A stretch of DNA of 64,000 nt. Origin: an uncultured Gammaproteobacteria bacterium. GTDB taxonomy: Bacteria; Patescibacteriota; Patescibacteriia; JAHIZJ01. The stretch lies in assembly GCA_964594455.1 (NCBI GenBank), contig CAZQLY010000005.1:1682-65681 (forward strand), in the 5' to 3' direction. The position numbers and the translations under genes are program-made. Of this stretch, positions 30,003-40,099 are shown one piece after another (position 1 is the stretch's first letter; each line of letters starts with the position of its first letter). The notes under the pieces were generated by a model, which saw only the letters and a program-made list of their open reading frames with translations, was not told the origin of the DNA and searched no databases.

Positions 30003-31103
30003 CTACTCTCCTTCTTCAGCCAACTCTTCTAATAGTTTTTTTATCTTCTTGGATGGCTTGGATGGCACCCTTACCTTTACAGTAACCAGGTGGTCGCCCC
30101 GACCTCGGGTTTTCAGATATGGGACACCCTTGTCTCGTATTCTAAATACTTTGCCCGAGGGAGTGCCTGATGGAATCTTCAGAATTACTTCGCCATCAAC
30201 AGTGTTAACTGGCACTTTTCCACCTAGCGTAGCTACTGAAAAAGGTATTTCAATTGTTGATACTATATCGTTGCCTTCACGTTCGAAATCCTTATCCTCT
30301 TTCACTCTGATTCGAATATATAAATCTCCAGCCGGGGAACCTTTTAAACCCGCTTCACCGCGGCCAGCCAAACGAATTGATTGCCCGTCTGAAATGCCAG
30401 CTGGTATCCTCACCTGCATTTCATCGTGGTCTTTTACTGCACCTTGGCCTTTACATTTCTTACAGTTCTGGGAATATTTCTTGCCTTCGCCTTTGCAATC
30501 CGGACAAGCCCCAACTGTGCGCATCTGGCCCAGAATGGTATTTTGGACTCTTTCCACCTGGCCATTACCACCGCAAGTGGAGCAAGTTTCTATCTTGGTG
30601 CCGGGTTCAGCGCCATTGCCAGAACAGTGCGGGCAGGTTACTGTCTTATACAATTTCAATGGCTTAGTAGCCCCAAAAACCGCTTCGTTAAAATCAACTT
30701 GGAGTTCGACTTCTATGTCGTTACCCCGATTGGAGCGTCCTCGGGTCCGAGTCCGGCGTCCCATGCCAAACATGTCACCAAAGATATCACCTAGATCTCC
30801 AAACCCCATATCTTCAAAATTAACATTGGTTCTGTAACCGCCATTCGCACCGGCCTGCTGAGCAAAATCCTGCCAATTAAAACCCTGTGAACCATCAAAG
30901 GTTCTTCCGAATTGATCGTACTGGGCTCGTTTTTCGGGTTTGGATAACGTCTGATAGGCTTCGTTCAGTTCCTTGAACTTGGCTTCATCTCCGCCCTGCT
31001 TATCTGGGTGGTATTTATGAGCCAATTTGCGGTAAGCCGCCTTGATCTCAGCGTCAGACGCTCCCCGAGCCACTCCTAAAATATCGTAATAATCTTTTGA
31101 CAT
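30003..31103 (-). CDS. dnaJ: Chaperone DnaJ
   Basis: J-domain with HPD (KYHPDKQ), a Gly/Phe-rich region, and four CxxCxGxG zinc-finger repeats. Confidence 0.9.
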   Translation of the reverse strand: MSKDYYDILGVARGASDAEIKAAYRKLAHKYHPDKQGGDEAKFKELNEAYQTLSKPEKRAQYDQFGRTFDGSQGFNWQDFAQQAGANGGYRTNVNFEDMGFGDLGDIFGDMFGMGRRTRTRGRSNRGNDIEVELQVDFNEAVFGATKPLKLYKTVTCPHCSGNGAEPGTKIETCSTCGGNGQVERVQNTILGQMRTVGACPDCKGEGKKYSQNCKKCKGQGAVKDHDEMQVRIPAGISDGQSIRLAGRGEAGLKGSPAGDLYIRIRVKEDKDFEREGNDIVSTIEIPFSVATLGGKVPVNTVDGEVILKIPSGTPSGKVFRIRDKGVPYLKTRGRGDHLVTVKVRVPSKPSKKIKKLLEELAEEGE

Positions 31104-31107
31104 AAGT

Positions 31108-32235
31108 TTAGACTAGCTTTATCACCTGGGCTTTTTTTACTTCTTCTTCAATCTTAAACATCTTGGCCATTTTCAAAATTCCAAACACGATTATGGCCAG
31201 CAACCGCGCAATCCAAACATAGAGAAAACCGAAAATCTGCAAAGCAAAATATAGAGTCAGGGCTAATATCGGCGGGATCAAATATTTAAACGGTGAAAAG
31301 ATATCATCCAGTTGGACATGAACGGCTTTTTCCACCACACTGCCGACTGAATCAGTGCCTTCAGCTTCTATGTTTAAAGTCTTCAGAAGTTCATCCCGCA
31401 CTTCAGCTAATTGCATAATAATTAATTCATTCTTAATCTGTTCGTAAACATCAGTAATATACTCTGGATTATCTTTTACTTTTTCTTCAAAATCTGGCGG
31501 CAACAAGGCTTTTAAATCTTCCGTGGATATATCATCGGCATTCTCCATAACGCCGGACAAATCCACTCCAAAAAAACTATCGCTTTGCGTTGAATTATCC
31601 TCAGCTGCTTTGGTTTCATTGAGCTTAGTGGCAAACAGCAACAGCATGAACTCATCCAGGGACATATTTGGATCATAGCCAGGAACCTGGATAGCCAGAG
31701 CCTGATTAGCGCCATTGGATGCTACCCGAGACAAAACGTCTATTGGATCCATCTTCTCGGTTCCTTGATCCACTACTGTGCCATAAAAGCTTATAGATAT
31801 CGCCAGAATAGTCGCGCTGATAGCCAAGCCCAATCCATGTCTCAAGTATTTATTAATCGAAACCTTCAGCCTTTCTTGTCGCTCTTCCCTCACCTTATAG
31901 CCAAACTGGATCAATCCAGCCAGCCAGATCACCGCACCGATTAAGGTATAAATAGAAACGCCCAGCATAGCCATCAGAGACAGCGGCAAGATTATTCCCA
32001 AAGCCAGCTTGAACCAGTTTCTGGACTCCAGGGCTGATACAACGCCATACAAAGCTAATACCAGCAATAGAATCAGCAGAGATAGGATGAAGTTAATTAA
32101 GACGCCCCAGCCGGGAATAGCTAAAGATAACTGTAAGTCTGAAAAGACCGAGCGCAGCATCCACCAGCCAAATACACTGACCAGTAGAATAACCGCGCCA
32201 AGTCCGACCAGTTTTTTTATTTCTTTTTGATTCAT
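31108..32235 (-). CDS. Integral membrane protein, unknown function, within the heat-shock cluster
   Basis: Multiple TM helices at both ends and a central soluble acidic region. Confidence 0.45.
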   Translation of the reverse strand: MNQKEIKKLVGLGAVILLVSVFGWWMLRSVFSDLQLSLAIPGWGVLINFILSLLILLLVLALYGVVSALESRNWFKLALGIILPLSLMAMLGVSIYTLIGAVIWLAGLIQFGYKVREERQERLKVSINKYLRHGLGLAISATILAISISFYGTVVDQGTEKMDPIDVLSRVASNGANQALAIQVPGYDPNMSLDEFMLLLFATKLNETKAAEDNSTQSDSFFGVDLSGVMENADDISTEDLKALLPPDFEEKVKDNPEYITDVYEQIKNELIIMQLAEVRDELLKTLNIEAEGTDSVGSVVEKAVHVQLDDIFSPFKYLIPPILALTLYFALQIFGFLYVWIARLLAIIVFGILKMAKMFKIEEEVKKAQVIKLV

Positions 32236-32252
32236 ATAGCTTGAAACTATTT

Positions 32253-32561
32253 TTATGCGGTGTTGAATCCGATCGGCTCAGGCGCCTTAGCTTCTTCAAC
32301 TTTGCCAAACTGGTTCTCGTATTTCTTCAGATTGTCCTGCAAGGCGGAAATAATCCGTTTCATGTGTCCTGGGGAAATTATAATACGTCCGTTGACAATT
32401 CCCGCACCCTGATGCGGATAAATGTTCATAAAGTCCAGAGTAAATTCCTCTTTGGAATGAACGACTGACATGGCATTGGCATACACGCCTTTCATGGTCT
32501 CATCCGGAATCTTGATCTGGATTTGACGTTTTTGTTGGTTGGGTTGGGGTTGGTTGTTCAT
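32253..32561 (-). CDS. DUF3467-family protein
   Basis: KIPDETMKGVYANAMSVVHSKEEFTLDFMNIYP...GRIIISPGHMKRIISALQDNLKKYENQFG matches the DUF3467 pattern. Confidence 0.55.
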   Translation of the reverse strand: MNNQPQPNQQKRQIQIKIPDETMKGVYANAMSVVHSKEEFTLDFMNIYPHQGAGIVNGRIIISPGHMKRIISALQDNLKKYENQFGKVEEAKAPEPIGFNTA

Positions 32562-32597
32562 GTGAATATTTTAGTGTATGAAGCATGGGAACAATTC

Positions 32598-32625
32598 ACG
32601 TAGGCGAACAAGCGCTTGTTCGCCT
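32598..32625. repeat. Perfect 28-nt palindrome GTAGGCGAACAAGCGCTTGTTCGCCTAC between dnaK and the DUF3467 gene
   Basis: Exact dyad symmetry. No flanking T-run on either strand. Confidence 0.5.
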
Positions 32626-32675
32626 ACGGTTATATTTCAATTTATTTTCGTATATTGTACCTCTCCACAAGCCTG

Positions 32676-32700
32676 CCCCGCCGCATGGCGGGAGTCGAGG
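32676..32700. repeat. Degenerate member of the GC hairpin family (CCCCGCC-GCAT-GGCGGG followed by AGTCGAGG)
   Basis: Shares the CCCGCC/GGCGGG arms and the GTCGAGG motif with the tRNA-associated hairpins. Confidence 0.35.
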
Positions 32701-32779
32701 AATATTTATTTTAATATCTCTCGACTGACTATGAACCTGAACGAAGTGAATGGTTCATGGGAATGGAGAGACACCTCTA

Positions 32780-34702
32780 TTACTTTTTAGGATCTTCTAC
32801 TTCGCCTTCGACCGGGCCTTCATCCTTTTTGTCCTTTTTTTCATCCTTCGATGGCTCAGCTGGACCGGCTCCTGGCGGAGGTGGAGTTTGACCGGGTTGG
32901 CCCTGCTGGCCATACATAGCTTGACCGATCTTCTGAGCGGCCTGGCTCAATTCTTCCGTGGCCTTCTTGATTGCTGCCAAGTCACTGCCGTCTTTCACCT
33001 TTTTCAGGGCTTCAACTTTTGTTTCTATTTCTTTCTTGTCATTATCCTTGATCTTGTCTTTGGCATCTTTGACCGCTTTTTCTGCAGTGTATATTAACGT
33101 ATCAGCCATGTTTCGAGCATCAATCATTTCTTTTTTCTTCTTATCCTCGTCAGCATGAGCTTCAGCGTCTTTTTTCATCTTTTCTACTTCATCTTCTGAC
33201 AAGCTAGTTGAGGCTTGGATAGTGATATTCTGTGACTTACCGGTAGCTTTATCTTTGGCTGTTACTTTCAGGATACCATTGGCGTCAATGTCAAAGGTTA
33301 CTTCGATCTGCGGTACGCCTCTGGGTGCTGGCGGTATGCCATCCAGGATGAACCGGCCTAGGGTTTTATTGTCACTGGCCATTTCGCGCTCACCCTGCAA
33401 TACGTGAATTTCAACTGTGGACTGACTGTCAGCAGCAGTTGAGAATACCTGACTCTTGGAGGTCGGGATAGTGGTGTTGCGTTCAATTAATGGCGTACGC
33501 ACTCCACCCAGAGTCTCTAATCCAAATGTCAGCGGCGTGACATCTAACAGCAATACATCTTTGACATCACCCTGTAATACACCAGCTTGAACAGCCGCGC
33601 CAATGGCTACAACTTCATCCGGATTAACGCCTAAGTGAGGCTTCTTGCCAAAGAATTTTTCAACTGTTGACTGAACCAGAGGCATTCTAGTTTGTCCGCC
33701 AACTAAGATCACTTCCTCAATATCTTCCGGCTTCATCTTGGCATCATTCAAAGCTTTTTTGACCGGATCCAGAGTAGCTTCAACCAAATCACCTACTAGT
33801 TCTTCCAGCTTGGCTCGAGACATCTTTAAGACCAAATGTTTTGGTCCGGAAGCGTCCTGGGTGATAAACGGCTGGTTTATCTCAGTCTCAGAAGAGGTTG
33901 AGAGCTCAGTTTTGGCCTTCTCAGCCGCTTCTTTCAGCCGCTGGAGGGCTAATTGGTCATTGGACAGATCTATGCCCTGATCCTTCTTAAATTCCTCAAT
34001 TATCCAATCGATTATCTTCTTATCAAAGTCATCACCTCCCAAGTGTGTATCGCCGTTGGTTGATTTCACTTCCACGGTATCTTCAGAAACATCCAAAATA
34101 GAAATGTCAAAAGTACCGCCCCCCAAGTCGTAGACTGCGATCTGTTGACCTTTCTTTTTTTCAAAACCATAGGCCAAGGCGGCGGCGGTCGGCTCGTTGA
34201 TAATGCGTTTGACGTTCAAGCCGGCGATCTTACCCGCGTCCTTGGTGGCTTGACGCTGGGAATCATCGAAATAAGCCGGAACAGTAATAACTACGTCCTC
34301 AATCTTTTCGCCCAGCTTCTCTTCAGCATCCGCCTTTAGCTTCTGCAAAATCATGGCTGAGACTTCCTGCGGCGTATGGTCTTTGCCATTCATGGCCACA
34401 GCTACGCCTTCGCCTGATTGTTTAATCTTGTAGGGTAACGTTTTTACGTCTTGTTGAACTTCTTCATCCTCAAACCGGCGTCCGATCAAACGCTTAATTG
34501 AAAAGATGGTGTTCTCCGGATTGGTTACGGCTTGGCGCTTGGCTGTCGTACCGACCAGTCGTTCACCGCTTTTGGAAATAGCTACTACAGAAGGGGTGGT
34601 TCTAGCACCTTCCTTGTTTTCTAATACTTTAGGCTTTCCCCCTTCTATCACTGCCATAGCGGAGTTAGTCGTACCCAAATCAATTCCTAAAATTTTCGGC
34701 AT
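32780..34702 (-). CDS. dnaK: Chaperone DnaK (Hsp70)
   Basis: [34 protein letters not shown], and an EEVD-like acidic C-terminus. Confidence 0.95.
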   Translation of the reverse strand: MPKILGIDLGTTNSAMAVIEGGKPKVLENKEGARTTPSVVAISKSGERLVGTTAKRQAVTNPENTIFSIKRLIGRRFEDEEVQQDVKTLPYKIKQSGEGVAVAMNGKDHTPQEVSAMILQKLKADAEEKLGEKIEDVVITVPAYFDDSQRQATKDAGKIAGLNVKRIINEPTAAALAYGFEKKKGQQIAVYDLGGGTFDISILDVSEDTVEVKSTNGDTHLGGDDFDKKIIDWIIEEFKKDQGIDLSNDQLALQRLKEAAEKAKTELSTSSETEINQPFITQDASGPKHLVLKMSRAKLEELVGDLVEATLDPVKKALNDAKMKPEDIEEVILVGGQTRMPLVQSTVEKFFGKKPHLGVNPDEVVAIGAAVQAGVLQGDVKDVLLLDVTPLTFGLETLGGVRTPLIERNTTIPTSKSQVFSTAADSQSTVEIHVLQGEREMASDNKTLGRFILDGIPPAPRGVPQIEVTFDIDANGILKVTAKDKATGKSQNITIQASTSLSEDEVEKMKKDAEAHADEDKKKKEMIDARNMADTLIYTAEKAVKDAKDKIKDNDKKEIETKVEALKKVKDGSDLAAIKKATEELSQAAQKIGQAMYGQQGQPGQTPPPPGAGPAEPSKDEKKDKKDEGPVEGEVEDPKK

Positions 34703-34715
34703 TTTTTATTCTCCT

Positions 34716-34898
34716 TAATTTATCTAATTTACTTTTTATAATTTGGATTCTTGCGCCAGTGGCCGGCTATCTTCTGACCTTTTCTTATGTAGGCTCCGAC
34801 CCAGTATTTCTTGCGCGTGCCGGCTGCTGGCGATTTATGGACATCTGACTTGGAATACTTGCGGCCAGTCGCCCTTTCTTTTTTCCAAATTCCAAGTG
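34716..34898 (-). CDS. Small basic protein (60 aa), unannotated in the ORF track
   Basis: ATG preceded by the strong SD AGGGGGAAAGT. Translates to MKKSLGIWKKERATGRKYSKSDVHKSPAAGTRKKYWVGAYIRKGQKIAGHWRKNPNYKK. Lies between hsp20 and dnaK on the same strand. Confidence 0.35.
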
Positions 34899-34932
34899 AC
34901 TTTTTCATACTTTCCCCCTGAGGATTTAATAA

Positions 34933-34959
34933 TCAACCCATGCCCCGCCTCGATTCAGA
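34933..34959. repeat. GC hairpin family member (CCCCGCCT-N12-AGGCGGG) between hsp20 and the small ORF
   Basis: 7-bp GC arms identical to the tRNA-associated hairpin arms. Conspicuously GC-rich against AT-rich surroundings. Confidence 0.4.
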
Positions 34960-34981
34960 TCAAGGCGGGAATATTGACCGA

Positions 34982-35416
34982 TTATTTCTTCTGGGCTTTT
35001 GATTTTACCTGGACCTTGATGCTCTTAGGTTTTACGCGCTCTTCTTTCGGCACCGTGATCTTCAGGACGCCATTTTCAAATACTGCTTGCGCCTTATCAC
35101 CTTTTACCGAAGTAGGCAGAGCTATCGCCCGATGAAAAGAACCGGAGCGGATTTCTTTGCGGTAATACTCTTTGTCTTCCACTTCGCTCTTTTTTTCCGA
35201 CTTTCCTTCAATCGTCATAACGTCGTTTTCTATGGAGATATTGACGTCATTGGGATCAACACCCGCTAGGGTGGTTTCAACCACTACGTTGTCTTTGTCT
35301 TGATAAACGTCTATCGCGGGTACAAACCCCCGGCCGGAATTGGGCATGAGTTCTTCCATCATTCTGTCCATATCTTCCCAGGGCTCCATTAATGGTTTCC
35401 ATTTGATCATTCTCAT
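34982..35416 (-). CDS. Hsp20/alpha-crystallin family small heat-shock protein
   Basis: Alpha-crystallin domain pattern (AIDVYQDKDNVVVETTLAGV...GVLKITVPK). Confidence 0.8.
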   Translation of the reverse strand: MRMIKWKPLMEPWEDMDRMMEELMPNSGRGFVPAIDVYQDKDNVVVETTLAGVDPNDVNISIENDVMTIEGKSEKKSEVEDKEYYRKEIRSGSFHRAIALPTSVKGDKAQAVFENGVLKITVPKEERVKPKSIKVQVKSKAQKK

Positions 35417-35437
35417 GGTTTGTCTCCTCCTTTTTAA

Positions 35438-35926
35438 TTATTTAGATACTTTGACCCGGGCTGGTTGAATGACCTTGCCATTCAGTGTAAAGCCCGATTT
35501 TAATTCTTCAATGATTGAGCCAGATGGCTGATCGCTTTCCACTTGTTCTACTGCCTCGTGTAATTCTGGGTTAAATTTCTCATTTTCGGTTTCAATCTCT
35601 TTTACCCCGTTGTAGGCTAAGGTTTTATCCAGGCTTGACTGGATATGCCTGATTCCTTCCACCCAGTCATTGCTCTTCAAATCATCTGGAATATGCTTGA
35701 AGGCTTGTTTGAAATGATCAATGATCGGCAATAATTCTCTGATTAAATCTTCGTTGGCATATTTGGCAAAATCCAGCTGCCGCTTCTCTACTTCTTTCTG
35801 AAGGTTCAGATAATCAGCCTTGGCTCGCTTCCAGCCATCCAGATACTCTTCAGTTTTTTTCTTTAAATTTTCTATTTCGCTGGTTTTATTATCTTTGGGA
35901 GCTGGCTGCTTCGTCTTTTCACTCAT
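35438..35926 (-). CDS. grpE: Nucleotide exchange factor GrpE
   Basis: Coiled-coil N-terminus followed by a GrpE core (DYLNLQKEVEKRQLDFAKYANEDLIRELLPIIDHF...). Confidence 0.85.
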   Translation of the reverse strand: MSEKTKQPAPKDNKTSEIENLKKKTEEYLDGWKRAKADYLNLQKEVEKRQLDFAKYANEDLIRELLPIIDHFKQAFKHIPDDLKSNDWVEGIRHIQSSLDKTLAYNGVKEIETENEKFNPELHEAVEQVESDQPSGSIIEELKSGFTLNGKVIQPARVKVSK

Positions 35927-35931
35927 CTGTC

Positions 35932-36627
35932 TTATTTACTTAATAAATCTTTAGCAAATTTCAAAAGGGCTCTATTTTCTGCGTAAGGCATTCGCACCGG
36001 CCCCAAAATCCCAAACATCCCTGTCTGATCCTGGTTTTGGTATTTTGTAAGCAGTACGCCGCACAGCTGACCAAAAGGATTATCTCGCCCTACTAGTATC
36101 CGAACATCGCTATCAACTTGCGGGAATAATACTTCCATCACCTCATCCAGTTTATCAATAACCTCAGAGAAATTGTGTATCAGATCCATCTCGACAAATT
36201 CCGGTTGACGAAACAAATTAGACAGGCCGGTATAATAAACATCCCGCGGTGAAAAACCAACTATGACTGCTTCGTTAGAAAGCTCGGCCACGCCTTTCGC
36301 TAATTCTCGAATCAACTGGCTAGACTGATCAGCGTGAGTTTTCTTTATCTTTTCTAAGAGTTGCCGACCAGGTTGCCCTAAATGGATATCTTTCAAAAAA
36401 TTCTTGACGTAAAACTCATATGCCTTAGTCGTAGGGATACGGCCAGCAGAGGTATGCGGCTGTTCAATTAGTCCTTCCTTCTCCAGTTTATTCATCTCAC
36501 TTCTTACAGTGGCCGAGCTAACCGCTTTTAAATACTTATCAACAATAACCTTTGACCCAACTGGGCGTGAATATCTGATATGTTCGTTAATAATAGCCAG
36601 TAATAGTTCTTTTTCCCTATCTGTCAT
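35932..36627 (-). CDS. hrcA: Heat-inducible transcription repressor HrcA (short form)
   Basis: N-terminal wHTH (LLLAIINEHIRYSRPVGSKVI...SSATVRSEMNKLEKEGLIEQPHTSAGRIPT). Sits upstream of grpE and is preceded by CIRCE. At 231 aa it is shorter than the roughly 340 aa typical of HrcA. Confidence 0.7.
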   Translation of the reverse strand: MTDREKELLLAIINEHIRYSRPVGSKVIVDKYLKAVSSATVRSEMNKLEKEGLIEQPHTSAGRIPTTKAYEFYVKNFLKDIHLGQPGRQLLEKIKKTHADQSSQLIRELAKGVAELSNEAVIVGFSPRDVYYTGLSNLFRQPEFVEMDLIHNFSEVIDKLDEVMEVLFPQVDSDVRILVGRDNPFGQLCGVLLTKYQNQDQTGMFGILGPVRMPYAENRALLKFAKDLLSK

Positions 36628-36647
36628 GTTTTTATTCAGTCAATCTG

Positions 36648-36674
36648 TTAGCACTCCCCTTATTTGAGTGCTAA
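36648..36674. promoter_or_regulatory. CIRCE operator (TTAGCACTC-N9-GAGTGCTAA), perfect consensus
   Basis: Exact match to the HrcA-binding inverted repeat, 21 nt upstream of the hrcA start codon. Confidence 0.85.
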
Positions 36675-36752
36675 ATGTATTCTACAACGCACCAAAATGG
36701 CTGTCAAGAATCAGGCAGCCGATTGTGACCCCCTCCCCTTTTTGGTGTTATC

Positions 36753-37904
36753 CTAGCGCTTTTTTCTTTTCTTCTTTCTTTTTTTGGGCTGTTTGGCTAA
36801 TACTTCTTTATAAAACTTCTCTATCTGTGCGGTTATTCTAGGCCAAGAATATTGCATGGCTGTGGCTCGGCCCTTTTTACTCAGCCTTTGTCTTAAGCTT
36901 TTATTGCCTATTAACTCGATGAGTTTTTCGGCTATCTTCATGGGGTATTCTTTGGGCACCAATATCCCATCTGCTCCATTTTTCACTACTGCGCTATAGC
37001 CTTGGATATCTGAAGCCAGGACAGGCGTGCCAGTAGCCATAGCCTCTATTAAGACGATACCAAAGCTTTCACCTCCAGTGGCCGGTGAAACGTAAACATC
37101 AGCTGTACGGTAATATTGCGGTAATTCTTCGGCAGTAACAAATCCCGTAAATATAATCCGATCGCGGATTTCCCGCTTGATATAGTTTTTATAATATTCC
37201 TGTAATGCTCCCCCACCTACCACAATTAATCTTGTTTTGGGCACAGCTGCTAAAACAGTAGGCATGGCCTGAAGCAAATACCTTAAGCCTTTTCGAGGAT
37301 CTAAACGACCGACAAACAAGAGGTTGTTATAACCATCTTTAAATTTCTTGATCGGTTTGACCCTGGGATTGAAACGATCCGTATCAACTCCGTTGGGAAT
37401 TATCCGATATTCACCAGGAAAATATCTCAGAATAAATTCTTTCGCCGCTGGTGACACCGCTATGCGGCCATCCAACATATCAATATACTTTTTGATCGGC
37501 TTGCTAAACAAATCCAGAGCTAAACACTTGTCCATATAAGTATGAAAAGTGCCCACTTTCGGACAATCAAAAACCCGGTTGGCCAATATCGGCAAAACCG
37601 GGTCAGTCGGCTGATGGATATGGATGATGTCAAAATTCTTTTCCTTCTTAATCTTTTTTAGCTGAGAGACTATCCTCGTACCCACTGTCACATTTACAAA
37701 AGCCCGGTTAGACGGAATGGTTACGTCAAAGCCCACCCGGCAAACTCTCGGATGGTCATAGTGCTTATCCTTCTTGTTGAAGTTGGCCGTAATGATTGTC
37801 ACCTTATGGCCTAGTTTTTCCAGCTCAAGTGCGGTGTGATGGACATGTTCCGTCACCCCTCCATGGATAGGAAAATATGCTTGAGTCACTATTCCAATAC
37901 GCAT
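36753..37904 (-). CDS. Glycosyltransferase family 4 with Lys-rich C-terminal tail
   Basis: GT-B/GT4 pattern (MRIGIVTQAYFPIHGGVTEHV... EGFGIVLIEAMATGTPVLASD). Terminal KKRKKKRKKR tail. Confidence 0.7.
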   Translation of the reverse strand: MRIGIVTQAYFPIHGGVTEHVHHTALELEKLGHKVTIITANFNKKDKHYDHPRVCRVGFDVTIPSNRAFVNVTVGTRIVSQLKKIKKEKNFDIIHIHQPTDPVLPILANRVFDCPKVGTFHTYMDKCLALDLFSKPIKKYIDMLDGRIAVSPAAKEFILRYFPGEYRIIPNGVDTDRFNPRVKPIKKFKDGYNNLLFVGRLDPRKGLRYLLQAMPTVLAAVPKTRLIVVGGGALQEYYKNYIKREIRDRIIFTGFVTAEELPQYYRTADVYVSPATGGESFGIVLIEAMATGTPVLASDIQGYSAVVKNGADGILVPKEYPMKIAEKLIELIGNKSLRQRLSKKGRATAMQYSWPRITAQIEKFYKEVLAKQPKKRKKKRKKR

Positions 37905-38065
37905 GTTCTAAATAAAAAAATTGACCACGTTCACAGGATAATTCTACTATATTTACTGTTTTTGGTAAATAAACTAATTGCTTCAATGCAAATTTGTTGA
38001 TAAACTACTGTCAGCACATTGTGATATAGTATTGACCCAAAAACCATACAGTAGGAGCGCCGTTA

Positions 38066-38220
38066 TGGAATTTCTCTACCTGTCCGATGTGGAGTTCGTC
38101 GCTCTAATCATCTGCGTTATACTGCTGAGCGGTCTGGTGCAATTCAGCAATTACTTCAGTACCTACCTCAGAAGCATCAACGAGCGGTTGAAGCAGCATT
38201 TCGCCAAACTCAAGGGTTAA
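38066..38220 (+). CDS. Small membrane protein (51 aa from the internal Met; the upstream start at 37978 is possible)
   Basis: A single TM helix. Followed immediately by a strong terminator. Confidence 0.3.
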
Positions 38221-38223
38221 TAG

Positions 38224-38248
38224 CCTACCAACTTTGGTAGGTTTTTTT
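38224..38248 (+). terminator. Rho-independent terminator
   Basis: CCTACC-AACTTT-GGTAGG hairpin followed by TTTTTTT. Confidence 0.6.
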
Positions 38249-38325
38249 ATACACAGATTAGGGTATTGACAAATATTAGTTATGGGTATATATTCATTAT
38301 GTATAATAATTAATCACCTAATATT

Positions 38326-38625
38326 ATGCCAAGATTAGACGGAACCGGTCCCCAAGGCATGGGTCCTGGCACTGGCCGGGGCCTGGGTCCTTGCGAGAGC
38401 GGTAATCGCCCAGGGAGAGGCCAGGGACGCGGTCGAGGTTTTGGCCGAGGGATGGGCATGGGTCGCGGTTTTGGCCGCACACCAGCCCAGGGCCAATACA
38501 ACGCCTCAAGCCAACCGTTATCCAAAGAGGAAGAAGTCAGCCAATTAAACCAAGAGGCTGAAGATCTAAAGGCAGAACTCCAGGATGTGGAACAGCGTCT
38601 CAAGCAACTCAAGGGCAAAAAGTAA
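38326..38625 (+). CDS. DUF5320-family Gly/Arg-rich small protein
   Basis: MPRLDGTGPQGMGPGTGRGLGPC...GRGFGRG repeats with a C-terminal coiled-coil. The minus-strand ORF at 38310-38648 reads the same GC-rich repeats and is treated as an artefact. Confidence 0.5.
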   Translation: MPRLDGTGPQGMGPGTGRGLGPCESGNRPGRGQGRGRGFGRGMGMGRGFGRTPAQGQYNASSQPLSKEEEVSQLNQEAEDLKAELQDVEQRLKQLKGKK

Positions 38626-38696
38626 ACCTTAAAGACCCCCTTCCCCAAGGGGGTCTTAGGGTTTATCCCAATTCAAATTTATCCTATAATACCTTT

Positions 38697-39854
38697 ATGC
38701 GAAATTCGAAACAATTCATGGCTACCTTATCTCTCATTCTACTGGGTGTTTTTTATATACTGCCGAATGTTGTCCAGGCTCAGGAGAACACCGATAATAT
38801 ATTCGAAGCCAAAGTAATAGAGATAGTGAAGGAAAAAGAGCTAACACGTGAAGACGGTTCTACTAATCTGCAGCAAAATTTGAAACTAGAAGGCCTGACT
38901 GGACGCTGGGAAGGTAAAGAATTTAATTTCTACGGCATTGATGAACTAGATGTTATTAACTCCAATATCTACCAGGTTGGTGACAGAGTAATGGTCAATT
39001 ATTTACAGGATGCAGAAGGTAAAGACGTATATTATGTGGTTGATTATGTCAGGCGCGGTAACTTATATTTATTGGCTATTATTTTTGCAGTCCTGGTTAT
39101 TGCTATAGGCGAATGGAAGGGCCTGAGAGCCGTTATTAGTCTGGTTGGCAGCTTTGCCGTAATAATGGGTTTCATCATTCCAAATATACTAAACGGTCAC
39201 AGTCCTCTGATGATTGGATTAATTGGCGCACTGGTGATTTTAATCTTTATCATATACATTACGGAGGGATTTAATAAAAAATCCCATATTTCTATTTTGA
39301 GTATTTTTGTCTGCCTGGTTTTAACCTACATCCTAGCCTCCATGTTCAGCTCGTTGGCACGCCTAACCGGAATGGCTCAAGAGGAAACAATGTTTCTCAT
39401 AGGAATTGGGGAAACCGCTATAGATTTCAAAGGTCTGCTGCTAACAGCGATAATAATAGGCACTTTAGGCGTTTTGGATGACGTAGTGATCAGCCAAGTT
39501 AGCTCAGTAGAACAAATAGTCAAAGCTAACCCCAACCTGTCCAGGATGAAGGTTTTCTCAATGGCTTTTGATGTGGGTAAAAGCCACTTGGCCTCAATGG
39601 TTAATACTTTATTCTTAGCCTATGCTGGTGCTTCTCTCCCCTTGCTAATATTATTCAGCGTCAATGAACCACCTTTCTTGACCTTTGGACAAGTAATAAA
39701 CAACGAGATGATAGCCACTGAAATAGTTAGAACTCTAGTCGGCAGCATTGGAATTGCCTTGGCCGTACCAATATCAACAATTTTAGCAGCCAAATATTAT
39801 ACTCAAAAAAATCATGGACCTAAACCAAACCCGATCCATAATCAAACCTCCTAA
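38697..39854 (+). CDS. YibE/F-family membrane protein
   Basis: Signal peptide, soluble N-domain, then about 7 TM helices with a GVLDDVVISQVSSVEQ motif typical of YibE/F. Confidence 0.55.
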   Translation: MRNSKQFMATLSLILLGVFYILPNVVQAQENTDNIFEAKVIEIVKEKELTREDGSTNLQQNLKLEGLTGRWEGKEFNFYGIDELDVINSNIYQVGDRVMVNYLQDAEGKDVYYVVDYVRRGNLYLLAIIFAVLVIAIGEWKGLRAVISLVGSFAVIMGFIIPNILNGHSPLMIGLIGALVILIFIIYITEGFNKKSHISILSIFVCLVLTYILASMFSSLARLTGMAQEETMFLIGIGETAIDFKGLLLTAIIIGTLGVLDDVVISQVSSVEQIVKANPNLSRMKVFSMAFDVGKSHLASMVNTLFLAYAGASLPLLILFSVNEPPFLTFGQVINNEMIATEIVRTLVGSIGIALAVPISTILAAKYYTQKNHGPKPNPIHNQTS

Positions 39855-40098
39855 ATCAGAAAAGATAAAAGCCGGTCTGGTTGTCTTGCAACCTGGTGAA
39901 GAAGTGGGCAAACACCGCACGGAAAATTGTGAAGAAATTATTGTAGTGATCGAAGGAACGGCAGTGGCTCTGGTCAACGACCAAGAGACAACAATTTCAC
40001 AACACGAAACCCACTATGTCCCAAAAAATATTCCGCACAACATTTTTAACAGGACCGACAAGATCTTAAAATATTACTATATAGTATCATTACACTAA
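39814..40098 (+). CDS. Cupin-domain protein
   Basis: Small beta-barrel pattern with His/Glu (GKHRTENCEEIIVVIEGTA...HYVPKNIPHNI). Overlaps the YibE/F gene end. Confidence 0.5.
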   Translation: MDLNQTRSIIKPPKSEKIKAGLVVLQPGEEVGKHRTENCEEIIVVIEGTAVALVNDQETTISQHETHYVPKNIPHNIFNRTDKILKYYYIVSLH

Positions 40099-40099
40099 C

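Noticed and set aside
30049-30837. 262-aa plus-strand ORF (and the 96-aa and 122-aa ORFs) overlapping dnaJ on the opposite strand
   Set aside because: It lies fully inside the well-supported minus-strand dnaJ. The low-complexity Pro/Ser-rich translation is typical of antisense frames of a GC-richer gene. No RBS is present.
38310-38648. 112-aa minus-strand ORF overlapping the DUF5320 gene
   Set aside because: Both strands are open because of the Gly/Arg/Pro-rich repeat. The plus-strand frame gives the recognisable DUF5320 pattern with a coiled-coil tail and a proper RBS. The minus frame is a mirror artefact.
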